Source: an uncultured Chromatiales bacterium (lineage in GTDB: Bacteria > Pseudomonadota > Gammaproteobacteria > SZUA-140). From it: a stretch of 64,000 nucleotides of DNA. The stretch covers positions 66,734-130,733 of the forward strand of contig CAYTGL010000002.1 of assembly GCA_964437335.1 (NCBI GenBank), given 5' to 3'. The position numbers were made by a program, and so were the translations under genes. Below are positions 29,430 to 37,302 of this stretch, in pieces; position 1 is the stretch's first letter, and each line of letters begins with the position of its first letter. The notes under the pieces were generated by a model that worked only from the letters and a program-made list of their open reading frames with translations, ran no database searches and was not told the origin of the DNA.

Positions 29430-29882
29430 TCATAGTGAAAACGTACTGAGGAAATCCGACAGTCGCTGATCACCCTGCTCACCCTTCAGCAACCGGCCGC
29501 ACTGGTCATTCCATGCCTGCTCGTCCCACAGCTCGAACTTGTTGACCTGACCGATCAGCATCACGCGCTTGTTCAGTCCGGCGAAATCGCGCAGTGGCGG
29601 CGGCAGCAGAATACGGCCGTTGCCGTCCATCTCGCATTCTGTTGCAAGACCGATCAGCAGGCGCTGCAAACCGCGCGTCCGTTCATCAAGATTGGGAAGA
29701 TCCGACAGTCGCTGTTCGATGGTTTCCCACACCGGCTGCGGATACAGCAACAGACAGCGATCGCGATCGCCGGTGATGACGATGCGGCCCTGGCAGGCAT
29801 GCTGAAGCAGATCCCGATACCGGGCCGGTATCGACATGCGACCCTTGGCGTCGAGACTCAAGGCGCTGGCGCCACGAAACAC
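29430..29882 (-). CDS. mraZ: Transcriptional regulator MraZ
   Basis: (V/M)FRGASALSLDAKGRMSIPARYR matches the MraZ N-terminus. Likely GTG start. Confidence 0.9.
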   Translation of the reverse strand: MFRGASALSLDAKGRMSIPARYRDLLQHACQGRIVITGDRDRCLLLYPQPVWETIEQRLSDLPNLDERTRGLQRLLIGLATECEMDGNGRILLPPPLRDFAGLNKRVMLIGQVNKFELWDEQAWNDQCGRLLKGEQGDQRLSDFLSTFSL

Positions 29883-29919
29883 GGGCAGTGTCTCCCCCAA
29901 TCTAAAGTTCCCACAATTA

Positions 29920-29972
29920 ACCACTTATCACCACTTGTTGCCACTATATACACCTTAAATCCACTGTCAAGC
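29920..29972 (-). promoter_or_regulatory. dcw (Pmra) promoter with putative MraZ operator: five GTGG direct repeats at exact 10-bp spacing
   Basis: Minus-strand reading: TTGACA-(16-17 nt)-TATAGT, then GTGGatttaaGGTGtatataGTGGcaacaaGTGGTGataaGTGGttaa. Plus-strand CCAC/CACC units sit at 29922, 29932, 29942, 29952 and 29962. Confidence 0.7.
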
Positions 29973-30124
29973 CGAAAACGTCCCACCGGGAGGGATTTTT
30001 CCCCTTTATTGCTCAGCTACTTAGCTCCAGACCCCCGGAATGACGGCGTAGCTGCGCTGCCTCCCGAAAACTAAGGGAGATAAATCATCAGCTTGGGGGA
30101 AAATTGTGGGGTTATGTATAACGA

Positions 30125-30157
30125 ATGGGGTCAGCCCCTGAGGATCTGACCCCTTGT
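30125..30157 (-). terminator. Hairpin terminator following rnpB
   Basis: ggggtcagcccctgaggatctgacccc: inverted repeat GGGGTCAG/CTGACCCC immediately 3' of the RNase P RNA. Confidence 0.6.
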
Positions 30158-30158
30158 G

Positions 30159-30506
30159 AAGGAGGGAGCCGGCCTGTAAGCCGGGTTCTGTCGGGGACAG
30201 TCATTCATCTGGGTCGCGCGTCGCCGCGCGCCTCGAGCGACCTACCCGGGGACAGCGCGGGCCGCGCTATCGTCCCCCTATTTGGTCTTGCTCCGGATGG
30301 GGTTTGCACTGCCGCCGCGTGTTGCCACCGGCGCGGTGCGCTCTTACCGCACCATTTCACCCTTACCCGCGTTGCCGCGGGCGGTATATTTTCTGTTGCA
30401 CTTTCCGTCGGCTCGCGCCGCCCAGGCGTTACCTGGCATCCTGCCCTGCGGAGCCCGGACTTTCCTCCACGCCCACAGGCGCAGCGACTGTCCGGCCGAC
30501 TCCCGA
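30159..30506 (-). ncRNA. rnpB: RNase P RNA (bacterial type A)
   Basis: Reverse complement contains GGAGGAAAGTCCGGGCTCC, AAGGGTGAAATGGTGCGGTAAGAGCGCACC and ACAGAACCCGGCTTA, in E. coli M1 RNA order. P1 stem 5' GGGAGUCGGCC pairs with 3' GGCCGGCUCCC. Confidence 0.9.
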
Positions 30507-30566
30507 CACGCAGTATAGCAGGCGCCGCGCTGATCGCGTCCTGCGTTCAGGATTCCCTCCGTCGGG

Positions 30567-31415
30567 TCATCGCCGCCGAATGCCCAGACCCAGCTCGTAC
30601 AGGCGGTTTCTGCCGATGCCGGTCAGTTTCGCGGCGAGCACGGCGGCCTGCTTCAGCGGCAGTTCCTCGAGCAGAATCGCGAGCATGCGGCGCGCATCGG
30701 CCTCGTCGATGGCCGCTGATTCGTCGGCACCGTGGACGATAATGACGATCTCACCCTTTTGTTGCATCGGGTCCTGCCGCGTCCAATCGAGCAATCCACC
30801 CAGCGTGGCGCGCCTGATGGTTTCATGCAGCTTCGTGATCTCTCGCGCACAGGCCGCCTCGCGTTCCGCGCCGAACACATCGACCATGGCGGCGAGCGCC
30901 GCGAGCGCGCGGTGCGGGGCCTCGTAGAACACCAGCGTGCGCGGCTCGTCACGCAATTGCTCGAGTCGTTCCCGGCGATGGGCGGCACGCGACGGCAGGA
31001 AGCCTTCGAACACAAAGCGGTCAGACGGCAGGCCGGACACCGACAAGGCGGCGACCAGCGCCGAAGAACCGGGTATCGGGGAAACACGTATCCCGGCGTC
31101 ATGGGCGGCGCGCACGAGGTGAAATCCCGGATCGCTGATCAACGGCGTACCGGCGTCGCTGATCAGCGCGACGGAGTCACCACGCTGCAGACGCTCGATC
31201 AGGCGCGGCGTCAGTTCGCGCTCGTTGTGGTCGTGCAACGACAGGCACGGCGTCGCAATGCCGAAGTGACGCAGCAGTTGTCCGCTGCGACGGGTATCCT
31301 CGGCGGCGACGACATCGACCTGACCGAGCACCTCGAGCGCTCGCTTGGTGATATCACCAAGATGTCCGATAGGAGTGGCGACGATGTACAATATTCCCTG
31401 TTTTCCGATTGACAC
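30567..31415 (-). CDS. rsmI: 16S rRNA (cytidine1402-2'-O)-methyltransferase
   Basis: 282 aa tetrapyrrole-methylase fold, LYIVATPIGHLGDIT...AAEDTRRSGQLL. Confidence 0.93.
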   Translation of the reverse strand: MSIGKQGILYIVATPIGHLGDITKRALEVLGQVDVVAAEDTRRSGQLLRHFGIATPCLSLHDHNERELTPRLIERLQRGDSVALISDAGTPLISDPGFHLVRAAHDAGIRVSPIPGSSALVAALSVSGLPSDRFVFEGFLPSRAAHRRERLEQLRDEPRTLVFYEAPHRALAALAAMVDVFGAEREAACAREITKLHETIRRATLGGLLDWTRQDPMQQKGEIVIIVHGADESAAIDEADARRMLAILLEELPLKQAAVLAAKLTGIGRNRLYELGLGIRRR

Positions 31416-31462
31416 CTTCGATCCCCGTTCGGATACTTGAAGCCTTATGTCGTCTGCGCTCG

Positions 31463-31586
31463 TTTAAGGAGTTCGGAAGGCGGCGGTGATTACCTGACGG
31501 GACACGCTGTGAATACGTCCCTGTACGCTCGACGGCCGCATCCCTGCGGCCGACGGTCCCGTCAGGTAATCACCGCCGCCTTCCGG
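31463..31586. repeat. Palindromic intergenic repeat, copy 3 (reverse orientation, ~28-bp outer stems)
   Basis: gaaggcggcggtgattacctgacgggac-[core rc]-gtcccgtcaggtaatcaccgccgccttc, in the rsmI/lpoA divergent region. Confidence 0.8.
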
Positions 31587-31615
31587 TCTGATTCAGAGTT
31601 CACCCTTCACAGATC

Positions 31616-33481
31616 ATGTGTAAACCACAAGCGACACGCCATTTCATCGCGCTGATCATAGCACTCGTGATCGGGGGCTGTGCGGTCGGGCCGCCGGAAA
31701 AAGCCAGTGCGCCTTCCGCGAACGAGTCGTTGCGGCAGGCCGGGACGGCCCTGCAGCGCGCGGATTTCGAAGTCGCCGCCCGTTATTATCTCGAGGCCGC
31801 CGAAAGCGCCGATGAGGAGACGCGCCCCGATTACCAGTTGCTGGCCGTTTCGGCGCTGCTGCGGGGCAACCATATCGAATATGCGCAGCGCGTCATGGAG
31901 CGCATCGACACCAATCGCCTGGACCGGCTCGGAGAACTCCGCTGGCGAATCAGTACGGCGCGCATCGCGCTGGCGCAGAACCGGCCGGAGCAGGCATTGA
32001 ATGTCCTGCCGGCCGCGACCCCGGACGGGGTCCCGGACCCGTTGCGGGCCGAGGTCCATGAACTGCGCGCGGAGGCCCGCCATCGCACCGGCAATCCGCT
32101 CGAGGCGGCGCGCGAACACGTGCTGCGTGAAAGCTTTCTGCGCCCCGAAGACGAAGGCGAACGGAGACGCAGCCAGCAGGCGATCTGGCAGACCCTGAAC
32201 CTGCTGCCGGATGAGGTGCTGCGGCGGGAACTCGCACCTCCCCCGGATCCGTTCGATGGCTGGCGCGAGCTGACGCTGATCGCGCGTTCGACACAGACCG
32301 GGACGATCGATATATCCGGCATGATCAACGGCTGGCGTCAGCGTTATCCATCGCATCCGGCCTCCGCGAATATCATCGAACTCGTGCTCGCGCGGCAGCG
32401 GGAACAGGCCGGGCGTCCAATGCATATCGCGGTGCTGTTACCGCACAGCGGCCCGGCTGCCGAAAGCGCCGGCGCGCTGAGGGACGGCTTCATCGCCGCG
32501 CATTTCCACCGTGAAAACCGCGCCTACATGCCGGAGATCCGCTTTTACGACACCGGCCCCGACCCCGCGACGGTCACGCTTACTTATATGCAGGCGGTCG
32601 AGGACGGCGCCGACCTCGTGGTCGGACCGCTGACGCGCCAGGCCGTCACGCTGCTCGCCGAGAGCGGACGCATCAGCGTGCCGACGCTGACCTTGAATTA
32701 CAGCGAATCGAACCGCGGGACCGATCCCCGGCTGTTCCAGTTCGGCCTCGCGCCGGAAGACGAGGCGCGCCAGGTCGCGCAACGCGCGTGGCTGGACGGC
32801 CACAATCGTGCGCTCGCGATCGTCCCCCGGGACGAATGGGGACAGCGGGTGGCCGAGGCTTTCCGCACGGAGTGGGAGCAGTTCGGCGGCAAGCTGCTCG
32901 AGATTGAAACCTACCCGTCCGAGATCAACGATTTCTCCGATCAGATCCGGCGGCTTCTCAACCTCGACGAAAGCGAGCAACGCCATCGCGATCTCGCGAG
33001 GACCCTGCAACAGCCGCTGCAACACGAGCCGCGTCGCCGCCATGACGCCGACTTCATCTTCATGGCGGCCTTTCCGCGCCAGGCGCGCCTGATCCGGCCC
33101 CAGCTCGAGTTCCACTTCGCCGCGCAGTTACCGGTGTACAGCACCTCGCATGTGTTTACCGGAAAACGCAACCGCGACGACGACCGCGACATCGACGGCG
33201 TTATCTTCTGCGATCTCCCGTGGCTGCTGGAGGATACGAAACGCGCGGTCAAGCGTGACATCGAACGGGTATGGCCCGAACGCTCGGCGCAGTATGTCCG
33301 TTTCTATGCGCTGGGCGTCGACGCTTACGATATCATTCCGTACCTGAACAACCTGCGACTGTTCCAGTACGAACGCTACCAGGGGGCAACCGGCGTCCTG
33401 CAACTCGGCGACACCAATCGTGTCTACCGTCAACTGCCCTGGGCGCGGTTCAACAACGGGCTGCCCCGCCCCTATAATTGA
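31616..33481 (+). CDS. lpoA: Penicillin-binding protein activator LpoA (lipoprotein; TPR N-domain plus periplasmic-binding-like C-domain)
   Basis: 621 aa with lipobox LVIGGC. Divergent from rsmI and followed by yraN, as in the E. coli yraLMNP locus. Confidence 0.85.
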   Translation: MCKPQATRHFIALIIALVIGGCAVGPPEKASAPSANESLRQAGTALQRADFEVAARYYLEAAESADEETRPDYQLLAVSALLRGNHIEYAQRVMERIDTNRLDRLGELRWRISTARIALAQNRPEQALNVLPAATPDGVPDPLRAEVHELRAEARHRTGNPLEAAREHVLRESFLRPEDEGERRRSQQAIWQTLNLLPDEVLRRELAPPPDPFDGWRELTLIARSTQTGTIDISGMINGWRQRYPSHPASANIIELVLARQREQAGRPMHIAVLLPHSGPAAESAGALRDGFIAAHFHRENRAYMPEIRFYDTGPDPATVTLTYMQAVEDGADLVVGPLTRQAVTLLAESGRISVPTLTLNYSESNRGTDPRLFQFGLAPEDEARQVAQRAWLDGHNRALAIVPRDEWGQRVAEAFRTEWEQFGGKLLEIETYPSEINDFSDQIRRLLNLDESEQRHRDLARTLQQPLQHEPRRRHDADFIFMAAFPRQARLIRPQLEFHFAAQLPVYSTSHVFTGKRNRDDDRDIDGVIFCDLPWLLEDTKRAVKRDIERVWPERSAQYVRFYALGVDAYDIIPYLNNLRLFQYERYQGATGVLQLGDTNRVYRQLPWARFNNGLPRPYN

Positions 33482-33843
33482 ACGCGCAGGTCACGACGCC
33501 CGGGATCGGCCGACGCAGCGAGGACGCCGCACTGCGCTGGCTTACCGGACAGGGCCTGCAATTGCGCGAACGCAATTTCCGTTGCCGGCGCGGTGAGATT
33601 GATCTGGTCATGCAGGACGGCAGCTGCGTCGTGTTCGTCGAGGTCCGCTACCGCCGCGGCAGCCGCTTCGGCAGTCCGGCCGAGACCATCGACGGGCGCA
33701 AGCAGTCACGGTTGCGGATCGCGGCGCAGTATTACCTGCAACTGCATCCGGACACCGGCCGCGCGCCGGCGCGCTTCGATGTCGTCGCGCTCCGCCCGGG
33801 GTCGACCGGCCTGGATTTCGAATGGATCAAAAATGCTTTTTAG
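33478..33843 (+). CDS. yraN: YraN/UPF0102 family endonuclease-like protein
   Basis: 121 aa, GEIDLVMQDGSCVVFVEVRYRR. Confidence 0.9.
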   Translation: MNAQVTTPGIGRRSEDAALRWLTGQGLQLRERNFRCRRGEIDLVMQDGSCVVFVEVRYRRGSRFGSPAETIDGRKQSRLRIAAQYYLQLHPDTGRAPARFDVVALRPGSTGLDFEWIKNAF

Positions 33844-33915
33844 ATAGTTAGATAATAGGACGTCCAAAAGGGGTCAGACCTTGTTAATTTTATGCCACAG
33901 GAGCATGCCGATTAC

Positions 33916-34500
33916 ATGACCACCAGAGTACTGATACCGCTTTGCGCACTGCTGATGCTCGCCTCGACGACGGCGTGCGCTCCGCCATTGCTGATCGCAG
34001 GAGCCGGCGCTGCCGGCGCGGTAGTGGTGTCCGACCGGCGCACCACGCAGGTCCAGTTCGAGGATCAGAAAATAGAATCCGCGGCGATCGACGCGATCGG
34101 CGCCGATCTGCGGCTGTCCGAGGGCGTTCATGTGTCGGTGACCAGCTACAACCATGTCATGCTGCTGACCGGCCAGGCGCCCGACCAGACCACGATCGAC
34201 CGCATCATCCAGCACATGCGCGGCATCGACAAGGTGCGCAGCATCCACAATCATATCGAGACCCGTGCACCGACGACATTCAGCCAGCGCACCCGTGACA
34301 CTTTGACGACAAGCCGGGTCAAGAGCGTGCTGCTCGGCGAGGAAGGGCTGTCGTCGCTGCAGGTCAAGGTCGTCAGCGAAAATGACGTGGTTTATCTGAT
34401 GGGCCTGATCAGACGCAACGAGGCGGATCGCGTCGCCCAGGTCGTGCAGCAGGTCGAGGGCGTCAGACAGGTCGTGCTGATCTTCGAGTATATCCGTTGA
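33916..34500 (+). CDS. dolP: BON-domain outer-membrane lipoprotein (DolP/YraP/OsmY-like)
   Basis: Signal peptide followed by two BON domains, in the position following yraN. Confidence 0.8.
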   Translation: MTTRVLIPLCALLMLASTTACAPPLLIAGAGAAGAVVVSDRRTTQVQFEDQKIESAAIDAIGADLRLSEGVHVSVTSYNHVMLLTGQAPDQTTIDRIIQHMRGIDKVRSIHNHIETRAPTTFSQRTRDTLTTSRVKSVLLGEEGLSSLQVKVVSENDVVYLMGLIRRNEADRVAQVVQQVEGVRQVVLIFEYIR

Positions 34501-35888
34501 GCGCACTCGGCCGGGTAACCCTTACGGATCTTGCCGCGCTCCTCGCGCCGGGAGACCTGCTGACTGATCCCGTCGATTGCTGGCCCTATGGCTATGACAA
34601 CAGCCGCCGCCAGCATCCGCCTGACGCCGTAGTCTTCCCGCGCAGCCATGAACAGGTGCTCGGCATCCTGCGCCTGTGCAATCGCGACGGCGTCTGCCTC
34701 GTGCCGCGTGGCCGGGGCACCGGCACCACCGGCGCATCCGTCCCGACCCGCGGCGGGATCGTCCTGTCGCTCGAGCGGATGGAGCGTATACTGCGCATCG
34801 CGCCCGGCGACCGCTTGATCATCGTCGAACCGGGCGTCACGAACCAGGCCGTTCAGGACGCGGCCGGCCAGGCCGGACTGTTCTGGCCGCCCGACCCGAC
34901 CAGCGCCGCGTATTCGACGATTGGCGGCAATCTCGCCTGCAACGCCGCCGGCCCGCGCAGCGTCAAGTACGGAACGACGCGCGAAAACGTGCTCGGCCTG
35001 CGCGCGGTCACCGGCGCGGGCCGGGAGATCCGCACCGGCGTACGGACCAGCAAGGGCGTCGTCGGCTACGATTTGACCCGCCTGCTGATCGGATCCGAGG
35101 GCACGCTCGCGGTCATCACCGAGGCGACGCTGAAACTGAGCCCGCTGCCCGAAGCCAGACGCACGATGCAGGCGGTATACGACTCGGTACACGCGGCCGC
35201 CGAGGCCGTATCGCGGATCATGGCCCAGCCGGCGACGCCGTGCGCGCTGGAATTCATCGATGGCCGCGCGATCGATATGATCCGCGAATATTCAAGCGCC
35301 GAACTTCCGCTTGGCGCCGGCGCCCTGCTGATGATCGAGGTCGACGGCATGGCGAGCGCGCTCGACGCGGATGCCGCAGCCGTGCGCGCCGCGGCGACGC
35401 TGCCCGGCCTGCTTTCGTTCAGTACCGGGAAGACCGCGGACGAAGCGGCAGCCCTGTGGGCGACGCGCAAGGCGCTGTCACCGGCGCTGCGCAAAATCGC
35501 GCCGAAAAAGATCAACGAGGATGTCGTGGTGCCGGTCTCGGCGATCCCGGCGCTGATCGCGGGGCTTGACGATCTTGCACAGGAATTCGGCGTCATGATC
35601 GTCAATTTCGGTCATGCGGGCAATGGCAACATCCATGTCAATTTGCTCGTCGACCCGGACGATCCGCGCCAGATGGCGCAGGCGGAGCCGTGTTTGTCGC
35701 GGGTATTCGATCTGGTGCTTTCGCTCGACGGCACGCTGTCGGGAGAGCACGGCGTTGGCATCGAAAAGCGCGCCTACGTCGACCGCGAAATCGACCCGGC
35801 CGCGATGGAACTGATGCGGGGGATCAAGACGCTGTTCGATCCGGCCGGGATACTGAATCCGGACAAGATGTTCCCCGACGCAGGTTAG
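34497..35888 (+). CDS. FAD-linked oxidase (GlcD / D-lactate dehydrogenase family)
   Basis: 463 aa with an N-terminal PCMH-type FAD-binding domain (RGRGTGTTG) and a C-terminal FAD-oxidase domain. Confidence 0.85.
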   Translation: MSALGRVTLTDLAALLAPGDLLTDPVDCWPYGYDNSRRQHPPDAVVFPRSHEQVLGILRLCNRDGVCLVPRGRGTGTTGASVPTRGGIVLSLERMERILRIAPGDRLIIVEPGVTNQAVQDAAGQAGLFWPPDPTSAAYSTIGGNLACNAAGPRSVKYGTTRENVLGLRAVTGAGREIRTGVRTSKGVVGYDLTRLLIGSEGTLAVITEATLKLSPLPEARRTMQAVYDSVHAAAEAVSRIMAQPATPCALEFIDGRAIDMIREYSSAELPLGAGALLMIEVDGMASALDADAAAVRAAATLPGLLSFSTGKTADEAAALWATRKALSPALRKIAPKKINEDVVVPVSAIPALIAGLDDLAQEFGVMIVNFGHAGNGNIHVNLLVDPDDPRQMAQAEPCLSRVFDLVLSLDGTLSGEHGVGIEKRAYVDREIDPAAMELMRGIKTLFDPAGILNPDKMFPDAG

Positions 35889-35897
35889 GGTTGCAGT

Positions 35898-36305
35898 CTA
35901 CTTGACCAGCTGCAGATGCCGTCGCCCCTTCTTCCGCGATGGCGTGGGGGGTTCCGGAGGAAGCTGCGTCGCGGCGCTCGCGGTCACGCCGTTCTCGCGC
36001 TCGAACACCATGCCCTTGCCGTTTTCCCGCGCATAGATGGCAAGCACGGCCTGTACCGGGATCGCGACCTCCTGGCTTTTACCGCCGAAGCGCGCGCTGA
36101 ACGAGAGCCAGTCGTTGTCCAGCCGCCAGTGGCTGACCGCGCGCGGGCTGATGTTCAGGATGATCCTTCCGTTCTCGACGTGCTGTACCGGGACATTGGC
36201 GCCGGGAAACTCGGCGTTGACGAGGACATAGGGCGTCAGGCCGTTATCGGTGATCCACTGGTGAATCGCGCGGAAGATATAGGGCCGGCTCGATGTCATG
36301 CTCAT
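35898..36305 (-). CDS. sspB: ClpXP adaptor / stringent starvation protein B
   Basis: MSMTSSRPYIFRAIHQWITDNGLTPYVLV aligns with the E. coli SspB N-terminus. RBS GGGGTGA upstream. Confidence 0.9.
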   Translation of the reverse strand: MSMTSSRPYIFRAIHQWITDNGLTPYVLVNAEFPGANVPVQHVENGRIILNISPRAVSHWRLDNDWLSFSARFGGKSQEVAIPVQAVLAIYARENGKGMVFERENGVTASAATQLPPEPPTPSRKKGRRHLQLVK

Positions 36306-36321
36306 CTTGATCACCCCGCTA

Positions 36322-36957
36322 TCAGATCCTGACCTTGGCAAAGTCCTGCTCGGCCTCCGAAAGACTGGCCTTGAACGATGGCCTGCTGAAGATGCGCTCG
36401 GCGTAACGTAACAGCGGCTTCAATTGTGACGGCAACTCCACGCCGAATTGCGGCAGCCGCCACAGGATCGGCGCCATGCTGCATTCGATCAGCGCAAATT
36501 CGTCGCTCATGAAATAGGGCTTCTTCGCGAGGATAGGCGCCAGCATCGTGAAATCGTCCTGCATCATTTTTCTGGCCTTGTCCGACCGGTCCCGGTCGTT
36601 GCCGGTCAGGTCGCCGATCAGGCTGTACCAGTCCTTGTCGATGCGGTGCAGCATCATCCGGGTCCGGGCGCGTGACACCGGGTCGACCGGCATCAGTGGC
36701 GGATGCGGAAAACGCTCGTCGAGATATTCCATGATGATCATCGAGTCGTAAAGCACGAGATCCCGGTCGACCAGTGTCGGCACGGAGGTGTAGGCGTTGA
36801 TGTCGATCAGATCTTCGGGCGGGTTATTGATATCGACGTCGATAATGTCAGCCGAAATGCCTTTCTCCGACAGGACGATGCGGACACGGTGGCTTAAAGC
36901 GCAATCCGCCCTCGAATACAGGGTCATAACAGGCCTTCGAGCGGCTGATATCGCCAT
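36322..36957 (-). CDS. sspA: Stringent starvation protein A (GST family)
   Basis: MAISAARRPVMTLYSRADCALSHRVRIVLSEKGI matches E. coli SspA. 212 aa from the ATG at 36957. Confidence 0.93.
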   Translation of the reverse strand: MAISAARRPVMTLYSRADCALSHRVRIVLSEKGISADIIDVDINNPPEDLIDINAYTSVPTLVDRDLVLYDSMIIMEYLDERFPHPPLMPVDPVSRARTRMMLHRIDKDWYSLIGDLTGNDRDRSDKARKMMQDDFTMLAPILAKKPYFMSDEFALIECSMAPILWRLPQFGVELPSQLKPLLRYAERIFSRPSFKASLSEAEQDFAKVRI

Positions 36958-37139
36958 ACGACACATCTCCCCGGTATTATTATCGCAGTGCGAGTCAGGG
37001 AATCTTACCACAATCGCGGCAGGCGCGTCATAAACGAGTCTCATTCGCGTGTACCTGGCGCAGTCTGGCCCCATGGGATCAGCCGGCAGCGCAAGCTGGA
37101 TGAATACTGCTAGAATGGCCGCCAGTTGTGAACGGTGGA

Positions 37140-37259
37140 ATCGCGCCCGGGGCGGGTTACTTCGTTACGGGACACGCTGTGAATACGTCCCTGTACGCTC
37201 GACGGCCGCATCCCTGCGGCCGACGGTCCCATAACGAAGTAACCCGCCCCGGGCGCGAT
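37140..37259. repeat. Palindromic intergenic repeat, copy 4 (reverse orientation, ~33-bp outer stems with one mismatch)
   Basis: atcgcgcccggggcgggttacttcgttacggga-[core rc]-tcccataacgaagtaacccgccccgggcgcgat, in the sspA/TraB divergent region. Confidence 0.8.
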
Positions 37260-37302
37260 GCTGGTTTGATAGCTACGGTTTTTCAATTCTGCCCAGACAT
37301 CC

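Noticed and set aside
30125-30927. Track ORFs (205, 78 and 207 aa) covering 30125-30927
   Set aside because: They overlie the RNase P RNA gene and the 3' end of rsmI. The RNA identity is supported by three universally conserved sequence blocks.
31437-31655. 72-aa ORF spanning repeat copy 3 (and the 76-aa ORF at 4672..4902 over copy 2, the 61-aa ORF at 37049..37234 over copy 4)
   Set aside because: The reading frames differ between copies and are set by the palindromic repeat, not by coding constraint.
31607-32425. 272-aa minus-strand ORF inside lpoA
   Set aside because: Antisense to a well-supported lipoprotein gene, with no motifs and Arg/Ala-rich low complexity.
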